A stretch of DNA of 64,000 bases from the human T2T-CHM13v2.0 reference genome, Homo sapiens. Shown here in pieces: positions 1-12,439 of the stretch. Where the stretch lies: the NCBI RefSeq assembly GCF_009914755.1, contig NC_060947.1. One strand, written 5' to 3'. A model generated the notes under the pieces. It saw only the letters and a program-made list of their open reading frames with translations, had not been told where the DNA came from and searched no databases. The position numbers and the translations under genes are program-made. How positions within the stretch are numbered: position 1 is the first letter of the stretch; each line of letters starts with the position of its first letter.

Positions 1-169
1 ACAGACTCGATATCGGGAGACAATTCAGCCCGTTGTACTTAGGTGGAAGGCTGGAGTTCTGACAAGCCATTTCATGAGAAATATCCCTGAGAAATTGAGA
101 GGGTTGGCTGACAGCTGGTCACCACAGTGTGATGTGTGCTGAGAAGGTCGATGCAGTGAGATCCCTTCG

Positions 170-300
170 TTCATCCACTCAGCAAATGTTTATTGACTGG
201 GTACTAAGGAGCAAGCCCCAGGGAGTGGTAGGATGCTGAGCCAAGGAGTGGACCCTGCCCTCAGGAAATTCACAGTCTGGCTAGGGAGCAAATTCCTTCC
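170..300 (-). mobile_element. L2 LINE 3' end fragment
   Basis: ttcatccactcagcaaatgtttattgac resembles the reverse complement of the L2 3' terminus (cattcattcaacaaatatttattgag). Confidence 0.6.
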
Positions 301-1059
301 CAAACAACCGCTAGAGAATAATGCACAGCCTAGAAGTGGTAAAGCTTTAACCAGGAGACAGAAGAATTGGAAATAGTGAAGTCAGAGCCCCGGACGTTGT
401 ATGGAGGAAGTGAGATCCAGCCCATACCAGCTACTGGGCTAGGAATGAGTTCCTCTGGGCTCATCAAACCAGAGACATTGGAGATAAGATCTAGAAGGAG
501 TAGAAGCCTGAGGAGGTGGTAAGATAGATTGGTGAGGCAGAGGGGTTCAGAACAGGCTCAAAACTCATTCCATGTTTTCTCTCTCCAACTGTCTGTCTTT
601 GTGCCTGTATTTCATTTTGTCTTTTTTCTGTGTTTCCCTCTTTCCTCTTAGACCTCCTCCTTTTCATTTCTCCTCCTCCTCTTAATCTCGGCTGTGTCTG
701 TCTCACTCCTTCCTTCATCATCATCTCTTTCCCTTTCTACATTCCCCTTTTAGATTCTGATTTCTTTCCATTCTTTTAACCTCTCCATCTTTTCATCCTT
801 CAATCTCTTTTTCCCCTCCCCCAACTCTGAAAAAACTAGACAAAAGAAGAAACTAAAGGACATCTTTTTTGGCTCATTTACTTCAAGATTATTCTGCTTG
901 ATTTTTTTATTTTGAAAAGTAAGAAGTGAATCAGACTTTAAAGGGGAAAAAAATAAACAATATTCAAGTTTCAGATTTTCATAAGTTGCATCATGTGTGC
1001 TCTTCAGTAGGTATTGGCTGTGTTCACTGCTATCAAACACAGAAGAAATGCTGAGATTA

Positions 1060-1600
1060 TTTTTTAAAAACCCACAGGGAAAAATAGCAAGAAAAAAAAG
1101 GTCAAATAATATGGACAAGCAATTCATAGATAGGAAACCTCTAATGAATAAAAAGAGGAAGAGATTGTCAACCTCCGCAAATTATCAGAGAGATGCAAAT
1201 TAAAACAACATTAGTTCAAACATAAGACATTGGCAAAACTTATGAAGCTGAATAAAACCAAGTGCTGTAGAAGATGTGGGGAAAGGGGAACTTTCATGCA
1301 CTGCTGGTGGAACTGCAAAGTGATATGTCATTCTGAGGGATTATCTGGCAATGCTTAGGAATGAAGTCTGTGTAAACCCTGTGACCCAGAAAGCCCCCAG
1401 GTCTTTACCCCAGAGATGCGTGTGATGATGGTAGGCACATATGACAGAATTCCATGTAGCAGTCAGAAACAATAGACCAGATTTACATACAGCCATGGAC
1501 AGGTCTTTAAGACAGCGTGTTGAGTGCAAAAGGAAAAAGATTTATAGCTTTATATTAAATTACTATTCTTATAAATTAAAAGCACATGTATACCCACCAC
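1060..1600 (+). mobile_element. Ancient L1M (L1ME-like) ORF2 C-terminal / 3' UTR relic
   Basis: ORF 997..1203 ends NMDKQFIDRKPLMNKKRKRLSTSANYQRDAN, a decayed version of L1 ORF2 [33 protein letters not shown]; followed by gatgtggggaaaggggaactttcatgcactgctggtgg typical of L1. Confidence 0.75.
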
Positions 1601-1899
1601 CCCCCCTCCAAAATGCCATATATCTTTTAAAGGAAATATATCAGAGTGGGTGTCAGACCTAGGGGTAGGATGGGGAGAGGAGAATGGAGTAGGGATGAAG
1701 GATGTAGAGGAAAAATAAGAAAACAAAACAAGAGGGATCTATGCTGGGATTGATGAGGCTGCCAATGAGGTGCATGGGTAACTCAACTCCGCATCTGAGG
1801 CCAGAGGACAGAAAGATGAGAAGAAAGAAATGAAGGGAAGGAGGAAGACAGAGAAGGGGGAAAGAAGACAAACATGGTCATTGTCCCCAAGGAGTGCAT

Positions 1900-2040
1900 A
1901 GCAGGCCTGACAGGTTTTATTTTTAAGAGGAGAAAAATAAAGTTCAAAATTAAGCCTTTGAAAGACTTGTCCAACGTCATATGGCAAAGAGAGGCTTGAT
2001 CCCAGGTCTTCGCATTTCTAGTCCAAGCTCTTCTCACTGC
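1900..2040 (-). mobile_element. MIR SINE fragment
   Basis: gacttgtccaacgtcatatggc...cccaggtct...tccaagctctt resembles the MIR reverse complement. Confidence 0.5.
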
Positions 2041-2414
2041 CTTTTTTCTCAAAATGCAAGGAAGTCATGTGTTCTCAATTGTCCAAATTCAAGCATTGTG
2101 CCAGATAACCAAGATGGCATCCAAAAGGATGAAGGGAGGAGGAAGGCTATTAAATAGGCTTGATCACATGGATGAAGACTCTGCTCTGACCATGCCAGAC
2201 AGCTGGGCAGTGGCTCAGAGGGGCTGGTAGCCAGTGCTAAACAAAGCAGCAAGGAGATTCAACGCTTGAATGAATACCATTCCCATATCCTCGGGAAAAG
2301 GTGGAACTTGCCGAGAAACTATTAGGAGGCTTTCTCTACCACTCCTTTTGCTGCTCCGGGCTGCTCCAGAGATTTCCTTTCATCCTAACTCAGCTTCACG
2401 TAAATATGTATGCA

Positions 2415-2920
2415 CTCAGGACTTGTTCAGTTGTAAAGGAGAGAAACCCCACTCAAACGAACTGAAGGAAGAAAACACAGGGGTGGGAATTATCTGTCCC
2501 CATAACTTGCCATTTCATGGAATGTAGCCCACTTTGGGCATAGCTGGATACAGAGCTTTGAGCTACGTCAAAGAACACAGCCTGTTCCTCTCTGTCTGCC
2601 TATGTCTCTCACTCTTTCTCTGTGTCTGCCCACCCCCCACACAACCCCCACGCCCCTGCTTCCTCTGTTTTCCTCAGTGTTGGCTTCATTCCAAAGCAGG
2701 ATGTCCCCTCGCTCCCAGTAAAGACAGTTGCTGGCCAGTCCAGGCTGATATTCTACCCACTCAGCAACACCAAACACTGGAGAGTGTCTCTTTGCCCATA
2801 ACAGTAAAAAAATTGCAGGAAGGGCTGCTATTGGTCTGGCTTGGGTCATGTGCCCAAGCCTGAACCAATATAGCAGCCAGGGGTATCCTGAGCTCTGATT
2901 GGCCTGGGTCATATACCTAC
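2415..2920 (-). mobile_element. Old ERVL-MaLR LTR (MLT1K/L-like)
   Basis: agttgtaaaggagagaaaccccactcaaac at the start and ttgggtcatgtgcccaagcctgaaccaat...ctgattggcctgggtca are typical of late MLT1 LTRs. Confidence 0.5.
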
Positions 2921-3034
2921 CACCAAAGTGTGTGTGTGTATAGGAGGAAGTGTTAAGTTCAATACCAAATGTGGGTAGTGGTTACCCAAAAAGGAAATCA
3001 GGTTGCTATGTAGGCACAAAAAACAGATATCTAC

Positions 3035-3037
<3 letters not shown>

Positions 3038-3070
<33 letters not shown>
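3038..3070. repeat. (TG)16 microsatellite
   Basis: directly visible. Confidence 0.97.
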
Positions 3071-3072
<2 letters not shown>

Positions 3073-3109
3073 TTGTATATGTATTTATATATATCTGTAT
3101 ACAACTTTG

Positions 3110-3400
3110 TATGTATTTATTTTTTGTTATTTTTACATAGCTCATATGATCACATGGCTCAAAATCCCAAAGATACAAATAAGTGGACAATGAAGAGTTT
3201 CCTTCCCATGCTTATCCCAGCCACCCACCCAGTTACCTTTCTCCGAGGCAGCCAATATTATTGGGTTCTTATCTTTCCTGACAAACATAGTGTGTGTATA
3301 TACAAGCCAACCTGCAAACAACCCTTTGCCCTCCCCCCACATCCCCTTTGTACACAAATGGATGCTTTCTATACCAGGGGTTCTGCCTCTGTTTGCATTT
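3110..3400 (-). mobile_element. Old L1ME 3' fragment
   Basis: ctcaaaatcccaaagatacaaa...ttccttccc...ccagttacc pattern typical of antisense L1ME 3' UTR. Confidence 0.45.
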
Positions 3401-4029
3401 TGTGGTGGAGGGGGAGCAGTTTGACCCTGGAGGAGACACACCTTGGCAACCTCCCTATCCTCCCCACCCAAAGGCTGACCTGGGCAGGGCAGGGTAACTC
3501 ACTGGGGCTCACAGAGCTCTCCCCAGCTGTTTGCTTGGGGAGAAGCCTCCGGCCCACAAGGGAGAAGTTGCAAGGGAATGCCCCAGGAGCTACAGTACCG
3601 GTGCACACGCACACACGGGGATCATGGCCTGCCTCAGACCTGACACCTATTTTCAGGCCAGGCTAGAAGACTAAGTGCAGGTCTGGACACCCCTAAGGAG
3701 GTGGTCACTCTACTCTCCCCGAGCAAGAAGGATTGGCTGAGCAGAATACAGCTCTGGTTGGAGGAGCCAGTGCTGAAGAGGGGAAGGGAGATGACCTTGC
3801 CAAAGGTGGTCACAGCCCAGGGCAGCTGTAAAGGGCTGGGCTTGAGCACCACCTTGGTTGGGGCCCAAGAGAGCCTGAACTTTGGCCTCTCTGGCAAGCA
3901 AGTCCCCATCCTGAGGCAAGCCACCTCCATCCTCTATCCCTGTCCTGAAAAAGAAAGAACCAAAGCGTGGCCTTCATAATTTGGGGGCCCCATTGCAACA
4001 TATCCACAGCAGTGGTTTAGCTCTGCTGC

Positions 4030-4195
4030 TGGTTAAGTGCCATCCTTGCATAGGTGCTTTTCCAATATGATCCCACCTAACCCTCACAACCATACTATGA
4101 AGCAGGAAATAGTATGATTCCGCCTTTACAGACGAGGAAACTGAGCCTGAGCTGGGAGTGACTCAGCAAGGATGCAGACCCAGGTCTGGGCTGTA
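4030..4195 (-). mobile_element. MIR SINE
   Basis: ccctcacaacc...tttacagacgaggaaactgag MIR core. Confidence 0.75.
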
Positions 4196-6502
4196 CCATT
4201 CAGCCTCCCTGTGTGCAGGGGCTGGCAGGCCGTGCCCATGCTCACCTCCCTCCTTTCCCCCTGCTGCTGCTGGGCAAACTTCCAGCAGGACCACAAAAAT
4301 CAGAAGTCTGAAAATGGCCAATCACAAGTAATGGTAAGGAGGCTCGAGTCACACCTGACATTCATTCACCTGTTGATGCTGAAACCCAGGACAGGTTTTT
4401 CCACGTGCCTGGAGCATCCCAGCCAAACGGAGGTGGCTAGGTCCTCTCCTTCCTTCCTCCGACCTCAGTGGGAGCTGCATGCTTCTAATGGCCAACGACG
4501 TGGAGAGGCGCAGAGCAGCTTGGAGCAGCGTGGGTCACAGCGGTTAAGTGTTGTCATAATTCTCTCCCCTGGAGCAATGAACTCCATCTCCCTCCAGTCT
4601 GTGTGGGAGGAATGTAATCCAGTTCTCCTTGGAACTCAGAGCACATAGTGACTCCTTTTTCCTTTTGTGGTCAGGAAATGAGTTTTGCTCTGTTTTTCAC
4701 TTGGGGGCTTATTATGCAATTGCCTAAAATATGCAACGGGATGCAGATATTTATATGAGGATGTTGAAATGATGGCTTTTTAATGGAAGTAATCTAATTA
4801 TGCCATATCTGTACCCTTTTCATTTTTAAAAAATTGTTCTTATGGTGTTTTAAGGAAGAAAAAATATGTGTGTGAGTGTGCATGTGTATGTGTGTGTCTG
4901 GGTTGTGTTTTTGTTTTTGTTTGGGGTATGTGGTTTTATTTAATCTCCCAGATTGTTTAAATGGATTGCAAAGGAAAAAAAGATCCAAAAAGTATATGGC
5001 TGTGATTTAACAAGATAATTAGCAGCTGCACTTTATAACAAAATCTAAGGCAATTATCACTTCAGGAGGACCCGGAGGAATCCCAGCTGCCAACATCCTG
5101 CTTCGCTGCCAGAGGGAATGACATCATAACTGCTCCAGACAAAGGGGAGGTGGTTTCTGGTCACTGTGATGTCACTTGCTCCAGCAGACAGTCCCAGACA
5201 GCTGGGAGACAGGTGGCCGCTTCCTAGGACATAAGAGAAGAGGATGAGCACCAAAAGGACATCAGTGCATTACAGGCACAAATCCTGCTTCCCCCAGGCC
5301 ACTTCCATTGGGCCACCAAGACAGATATGTTTCCTCAGGCTTTTTGCCCCAAGCCCTCATATTACCTTCTTTTGAGAAGTTAATTGTTCTTCTCCTCTTC
5401 TCTGGAACCTCAGTTCTAAATCTTTATCCCAACTAATCAACTTCAGTGGCTTTTAGGGTCTTGCTCATGGTCAGGTTTACCACTTAGCTAAAATGTGTCC
5501 CTTCAAAGATGAGAATTGCTAAATTGCATTGGACAGCAAGTCAAAGCAAGCTTAAAAACAAGATTTGTATTTTCACCTCAAAGTTGCTTTCTTTCACCCT
5601 GTGGCCAATTATTTATCAATCTAGGCTCCCGGGTGCTTTTTTGATCAAAAACAGAGCACTCTAGCACAAAATTGTCTAATTCTAAATAGCAAACTGGAAT
5701 TTGTCGTTGATTGAATTTTATGTGTAAAATTGAGCTAGGATTATAAGTTCTAGAAAATGTTTAAGTGTATCCTGGGATAGCCCACAACTGAATGCACCGT
5801 CGGTCTTTTGATGGTTCCAAAGGATGGATAAAACAGATCTGATTTCCTTGTAAATTGTACAAGTTACAGACCAGCAGGCTGACTCTCGCCACAGGCAGCC
5901 AAATGTGCCTCCCACCCACACTCGTTCGTGAAACTATAAAGTGGCAGCCAAGGTCTTGTACATCTCATTGCCAGATGACATTCTCGGTGCCCGGGTGGGA
6001 ATCTGTCCTCTGTCCTCCAACAGATAAACCATGAAAAAATGTGTGCCTATTCATGGGCACTGTCTTCCACCATCCCCCAGCACCTTCTCCTTCCCTCCTA
6101 AAGCCATCCCCCTTTGGCCCAAGTTACAAACTAGGGGAGAATAAAAGGGTCAGGACATCTCTCATTCCTTCTCCCAGCCTCAGCTAGGAGGCTTCTGGGT
6201 TACATCAGAAATAAAATGAGACTTTAACAGAAACAAGGAAGGCTTCAACTCTTAGATCTCACTCAAATACTGAGGCTAACACCGGAGGTAACAAGGACAG
6301 GCATGCCCAGAGTTCAGCCTCCCTCTGGAACCGGGCAGAGTTCTGCAGCCGGGGACTAAGTGTACAGCCCACACAGCAGATCCTTTGGCCCAATGCCATT
6401 CTTAGCCTTCTAGAAAACTTCCTGCTTCCTTTATGGAAAACAGGTGTCCATGTCTTCATGCATTAGGCTAGATGCCAGGCAGGAGCCTGGTGTAAGGGGC
6501 TC

Positions 6503-7482
6503 CTGTTATCTATTGCTGCTTAACAAAGTACCCCAACCTTAAAGGTATAAATAACCAGTTTAGCACGTTCCTAGATTCCCTAGGTCAGGAATGCAGACAG
6601 AGTCCAGCAGGGGTGGCTTGTCAGTGGTCCCCAATGTCTGGGGCTTTGGCCGGGAAGACTTGGAAGGCGGAAGTGGCTCAATGGCCAGGGGCTGGAATCG
6701 TCTGGAGGTTTTCGTGATACAGTTTGGATATTAGTCCCTGTCCAAATCTCATGTTGAATTGTAATCCCCTATGTTGGAGGTGGGGCCTTGTGGGAGGTGT
6801 TTGGGTCATGGGGGCAGATCCCTCATGCCTTGGTGCTGTCCTCTTGATAGTGAATGAGTTCTTGCGAGATCTGGTTGTTTAAATACGTGTGGCACCTCTC
6901 CCCCAACATCTCTTGCTCCTATTCTGCCATGTGAGACGTCTGCTTCTGCTTTGCCTTCCACCATGAGTGAAAGCTTCCTGAGGCCTCACTAGAAGCCAAG
7001 CAAATGCTGGTGCTATGCTTCCTGTACAGCCTACAGAACTGTGAGCCAATCAAACCTCTTTTTATACAAATTACCCAGTCTCGGGTATTTCTTTATAGCA
7101 ATGCAAGAATGGCCTAACACACTTCATATGTCTGGTGCTTGAGCTGAAATAATTCAAAGCCTGGAACAGTTGGCCAGTGCATCTACAGGTGGCCTCTTCA
7201 TGTGGATTGGGCTTCCTCCCAGCATGGTAGCCACGAGTCAGACATCTTACATGGCAGCTTGGAGCTCCAAGCATGAATGTTACAGCAAACAAAGCAGAAA
7301 TTGCATGGCCTTTTATGACCTAGTCTCAGAAGCCACACAGCATCACTCTTTCAGTAGTATTTTGGTTGAAGCAGTTACAACCCACCCCCACCCCCCACCC
7401 CGGATTCAAGGGGAAGGACCAGAGAACCTGCCTCTGGATGAGAAAAGTGTCAGAGAATTTCCTGCCATGTTTCAAAACCGTC
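6503..7482 (-). mobile_element. MLT1 (F/H-like) MaLR LTR, interrupted by an MST LTR
   Basis: Starts tgttatctattgctgcttaacaaa (reverse complement of the MLT1 end); resumes after 7121 with atatgtctggtg...ggcttcctcccagcatgg...gacctagtctcagaag. Confidence 0.75.
6715..7121 (+). mobile_element. MSTA/MSTB solo LTR
   Basis: tgatacagtttggat...ccaaatctcatgttgaattgtaatcccc...ttctttatagcaatgcaagaatggcctaacaca; TG...CA termini. Confidence 0.88.
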
Positions 7483-8019
7483 AAGGGGCTGACTTCTGTA
7501 CAGTACCCACTTTCACTGTCAGCCAGCCTTGAACACAATATTCTTTTATCAGTAGCAGTGACATTAGGGCAACACTGGGGATGGGGAGGAGAATGGGGAA
7601 GTGAAGGGCCATGAGCAAAACTTTGGTTTGTCTTTTTTCAGCATCTGATTCTACTCTCATTTCTTCGAGTCCATCATAGTCCCTCTTTTCCTACCCTCAA
7701 AGCCTGAGTGCAGGTGAGGTTAGCCCTTTACGCCACCCCAGGGCTTCTATCCTGAGAAGCAAAGTGCTAGAATAGAAAGCGATAGATAGATTGTCTCTGA
7801 GATTATGGCCTGGGTTCTTGGCACAGCAGGATTCTAGGGTGTTTGTTTTTCATTCCTGTCCCAAGAATGCACCTGATAACCTCCCTGGGCCTCTAAAAAA
7901 GCACCCATCATTTGTACAGGTCCTTCCAGGTGCTGAGATAGGAAAAAAGAGGGATCCCCAGTCAGGGCTGGAAGGGAAGCTACCTCCCCTCCTCTTGGGG
8001 AATTCAACCCTGTCCTTTT

Positions 8020-8140
8020 TATGATTGAGGGAACCAAAGCTTAGAGGGGCTGTGACTTGCCCAGGGTCACCAGTGTGTCAGCGGCTGAGTTGGAACTGTG
8101 CAGAATTCACCCTTCACCCTGGGGCATTTGCACCCTGGGG
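8020..8140 (-). mobile_element. MIR fragment
   Basis: gagggaaccaaagcttagaggggctgtgacttgcccagggtcac. Confidence 0.6.
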
Positions 8141-10479
8141 CACTTTCCACAGTCGACTGACTGCGGGGAGAAGTGGGAGGAGGTTACACTCAGGGCAAAG
8201 CCACTAAAGGCCAGCATTCGACCAGCTCAGCCAGCCTCCCTGGGCCTCTTGGCAGCTCTGGGCCTGCAGGGAGGGTCCTACCCACCCCAGCCAACCCTCA
8301 GAGGCCCCCCAGGCTGCCAAGGCCACGTCACCGCAGCCTGCGGTCTGCCCAGCTAATGGCAGCTGCTGCGAGGGGAGCGGAGCCGCAGTAATTACAGCAT
8401 CAAGGAATCACAAATGGATCTGCAAAGATGACATTAGGAGCATTAGACCTGGCACGGCTGCCTCCGGAGAGGTCGCTGGGAGGAGGCTGGGGCTGGGGCC
8501 TGGGGATGGGAGACAGACGTGCCTCTGTCTCACCCCACCCCCTTCGTTCCCAACCGGGGCTGCGATGACAATGCCAGGATTCACAAGCCCCTCGCAGAAA
8601 CCACATCGGCCGCCAGTCTCGTGTGTGTCAGCGAAGATAACAGATGTCTTTCACAGGGAAGTAATTGCTTGAAACACAACTGGACAACCCCCCAGGAGGT
8701 TGCATTACAGGAAGGAACCTTGCTTTTGGGGCCGAAGGTGGGGGGGTGGTGACCTGGTAGGCAGTCCCCTCCCCAATTCCCTTGATCCTTTGACATCCTA
8801 ATGAGTTGTGCTGGCCTTGCCTCTTGCAGTCCGCAGCTCTGTGGAAGGTAATTATTATGTCAAGCCTGGTTGAGGGCGTTGGTGGTGGGGCGGGGCTTCC
8901 TGGGTGGAATTTGTGGCTGGAGGAATTCCCCAGAGGCTGGAAGGGGTTAGCAGAGGAAGAATTGGGGGAAGGGCCAGGCCTTGATCAGTTACCATCCTCC
9001 AAAGCCTGAGAAATGGGTCTGAAGCGGCAAGGCTGCCTTTGGCCAAAGCTAGCACCAGTAGGTGTCACTGTAGGAAAGGAGGGGCCCCCGGGGCTGTCTG
9101 CGGATGGGGCTGGTAAAAATAGAGCTCGCCTGTGTTCCCACTGCCAAGTCGCCAAGCCTGGTGATTTATAAGGCTGGGAGCAGACGTGTGTGTAAATGTT
9201 TTTGCGTGCGAGATGTGTAACCAACCGCGGGCTGGCTTTTTCAAACTTACGAGGAGAGAGTGAGGGAGGGAGAGAAGGGGAGCGAGAGAAGGCAGCCAGG
9301 GTGGGAAGCACATGGGCCACTTTTATGTAACACTCCTCTGATACACGCCGCAGTGGGGATTTATGCTCTCTTTGAAGTAAATTGCATCCCGGTGCACCAT
9401 AGCATGAAAGTTAAGATTTACCATGGCTGGGACCTCCGAGACCCTGCTGGAAGCTAGAATAATTAGCACAGCATTTGGCTGCCTCTCCTCCTGCTCTGCG
9501 GGCGGTGACAGGAGTGGCACTAATAGATCTTCCAGGCCTGAGCCTCGTGTGTTTGTCATGGGGTCCATGGTGGCTGTGGGCAAGGAGGACCGTGATCAAC
9601 TGGAGAAATGGAGGTGGGGGGAGGGACTGGGACTGACCTTATTGCAGGGGACAGTGGGACCTGCCCCACCAGGGAGGAGCTGGGTGACAAACCAGCTTGG
9701 CCCCACAGGGTTCAGGTGCCCCTCTGTCAGGGGTTGGGCCAGAGTGCGTGCTTCGGTAACCCAGGGAACTCATTTATAAAACAGATTCCAGTGCCAGACT
9801 CCCAGCTTGCTGCAGGTGGGAGTCCTGGGGCACTCCGCCAGTTTGGAGGTCCCCTGGATTATATCAACTCTCATATTTAATGTTTTTCAAAAGGCAGTGC
9901 CTAGGACTCCCATCCCTCCTGACTTTTCTCCCTCTTCTCCCCTCCTCTTCCTGCAGGCACCTTCCCTGTGTCATTTCTCAGAGGCCGTGCATTTTCATGC
10001 TGGAAAAGCTGAGACTTGAACTTGATCAACAAACCCCAGAGTCCCACAGGGAAAGTCCTAACAGCCGCCTGGTCACTCCAGTTCTGCCAAGAAACAGCTG
10101 CGTGGTCTTGGACAAGTCCCAGCCCTTCTCCAGGCTTCAGCTTCCACACTGTATCATGATGGGGTTGGATTTTTACAAGATCATCTTGAAGGCCTTCATT
10201 AACAGTCCGTGATATACTTGACTCTCCCCCTCCCCTGGACACCCTCATGGAGCTCTAAGGAATCAAAGCATAGAAGTAATGTCCCTCTGGGGTTCCAGGT
10301 GCTGCGGTAGTACACCAGTGTTGGGAAGAAGAGCTAGCAGCACCGCTCACTATGAAGATTCTAAGTGCCTACTCAGCAAGGGCTTTCCTGAGGTTGTAAT
10401 AAGCTCCTGGATCAGTTAACTCTTCCGCAAGGCAGAGCAGCTTTCCAGACCCCACTTCATCATCACAATAAGTAAATGA

Positions 10480-10679
10480 CAGCCTGGGCAACAAAGTGAG
10501 ACCCCACCTCTACGAAATTAAAAAAAAAAATTAATTAGGCAGGCATGGTGGCATGTGCCTATAGTCCCACTTATTTGGGAAGCTGAAGTGAGAGGCTTGA
10601 GCCCAGGTTTTCAAGTCTGCAATGAGCTATGATCGTGCCACTGCACTCCAGCCTAGGCAACAGGGCAAGATCTTATCTC
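10480..10679 (+). mobile_element. 5'-truncated AluJ
   Basis: cagcctgggcaacaaagtgagacccc, A-rich linker, and a right arm with gagctatgatcgtgccactgcactccagcc. Confidence 0.9.
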
Positions 10680-10730
10680 AAAAAAAGAAAGAAGGAAAGA
10701 AGGAAAGAAAAGAAAGAAAGAAAGAAGGAA

Positions 10731-10786
<56 letters not shown>

Positions 10787-10822
10787 GAGAAAGAGAGAAA
10801 GAGAAAGGGAAAGGAAAAGAAA
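10680..10822. repeat. (GAAA)n compound STR derived from the Alu tail
   Basis: directly visible purine-only tract. Confidence 0.95.
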
Positions 10823-10864
10823 ACAAAAGACTCTCACAACATTCTTTTAAGGTTGCGAATAAAA

Positions 10865-11095
10865 TTGTCCCCATCACACATCTGAGGAAACTGAGGCTTT
10901 GGCCCAAGTGAGTCAAAGGAGTGTGATGAAAATATAGATTTTGAAATCAAAATAAGTGCAAATCTCATCTCTGTGGCATGAGCTGAGTGAAATAGGATAA
11001 AGGGGAAATTCTCAAGGCCTCGGTTTTGCCATCTGAAAAATGGGCATTGAGTTGAGGGCTAAATGAGATAGTTCATGCAAAAAGGACTCACAAGG
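10865..11095. mobile_element. Two MIR fragments in opposite orientations
   Basis: tgaggaaactgaggc at about 10883 and cctcggttttgccatctgaaaaatggg at about 11018. Confidence 0.55.
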
Positions 11096-12030
11096 CTGTC
11101 TCCTTGTAGATGGGGTTAACGAACAGAAGTTCCCAGGCCACTGGCTGCAGGGTGCGTTTGTCTCCCAGGTCTTGCATGGTTCTTGGCAGGGATCAGGCCC
11201 AGTAAATATTTGCTGAACTGGATTACACCAATGCCACAACAGAGGCCTCACTGTCAAACCATGCTGGGGAAGTAGCAGATAAAGCTGTGAGGGCCACGGA
11301 AGGTTCTCAAAGGGATCAGGGCCAATAGCATAGAAAGAGGAAAAACTGAGTTTAAAAAGCTCATACTGCAGTCTGAAGCCCCATGGAGGCTGGGACCAGA
11401 CTCAGAAGGGGACAAATGTTCTTGGGTAGATTCTGAAGGACAGATCCCCAAAATGTTCTGAGCAACCTTTCAGATCAGTTTCCCAAGCCTGGCAAATTGG
11501 GAAAAATCTGATCAATGAAGTGGAAGCAGCAGCCACAAATGCCACATGAGAGTTCTGAATGAACTGTCTTCCTGTTCCTCTCCCTTGCCCCCACCACACC
11601 CTCTACACCCTGAATTCCCATCTGCCATGTAGACATGGGTGTGGGAAGGAGAGATAAAGTGGAGGTTCCCTTTGGTGTAAATCCTGGACCCAGAAAGATA
11701 GGGGGATCTCAGAGTTACCTTAATAAATCATCAATCTCTGTCCCTGTTTCAGGTTCTCCAGCCTCAGGTGTCTTCCTGAGCTGAAAGCCAACGTGCATCC
11801 CAAACCCTAGAGATGTCCATAAAATCTGCTTTCTGCCCTTTGGAGAGGTCAGGCGTCAGTGAGGAGAACCTCCTCCATGTATGGGGCCTGAGGTTCCTCT
11901 GCATAATTACCTTTTGCACCAGGAGGCACCTCCCTTCCTTGAGATCACACCTGGGACACGAGACACAGACTTACAAAGCAGACAGGCCAGCAGAACATCC
12001 CAAGGCTCCTGGTCTCTCCTCAAAGATCAG

Positions 12031-12229
12031 GGATGGATGAGTGGATGGGAGGATGGATGGATGGATGGATGGATGGATGAGTGGATGAGTGGATGGGAGG
12101 ATGGATGGATGGATGGATGGATGGATGGATGAGTGGATGGGAGGATGGATGGATGGATGGATGGATGGTTGGATGGATGGCTGGATGGATGGGTGAACAA
12201 GTGGATGGATGGATGAATGGACAGATGGA
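12031..12229. repeat. (GGAT)n imperfect tetranucleotide repeat
   Basis: directly visible, with GAGT and GGGA variant units. Confidence 0.95.
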
Positions 12230-12439
12230 CTGAGTCCCTCACCCTCTGCTGGATTCTTGCTCCTGTGCCTTATACCTTTTACAGTCAGGGGGTTTTCCCA
12301 AGTGTCTCACCTATTTTTCCTAACATTAGCTTTTAAAACATTCCCTTTTTTCTGCCCCTCAAAAGGTGACAAACAGCCAGATAACCTCTGGCTATCTGGA
12401 GAAATTGGCATGTTTAGTTAATTGCCGTTTCACATATAT

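Noticed and set aside
997-1203. Functional L1 ORF2 fragment
   Set aside because: It is short, frameshifted and highly decayed; reported only as a repeat relic.
2950-3666. 238-aa ORF
   Set aside because: It runs through (TG)n (CVCVCV) and an antisense L1 relic, has a non-ATG start, and shows no protein-family signal.
10622-10916. K/E/R-rich and F/L/S-rich ORFs
   Set aside because: They are translations of the (GAAA)n Alu tail.
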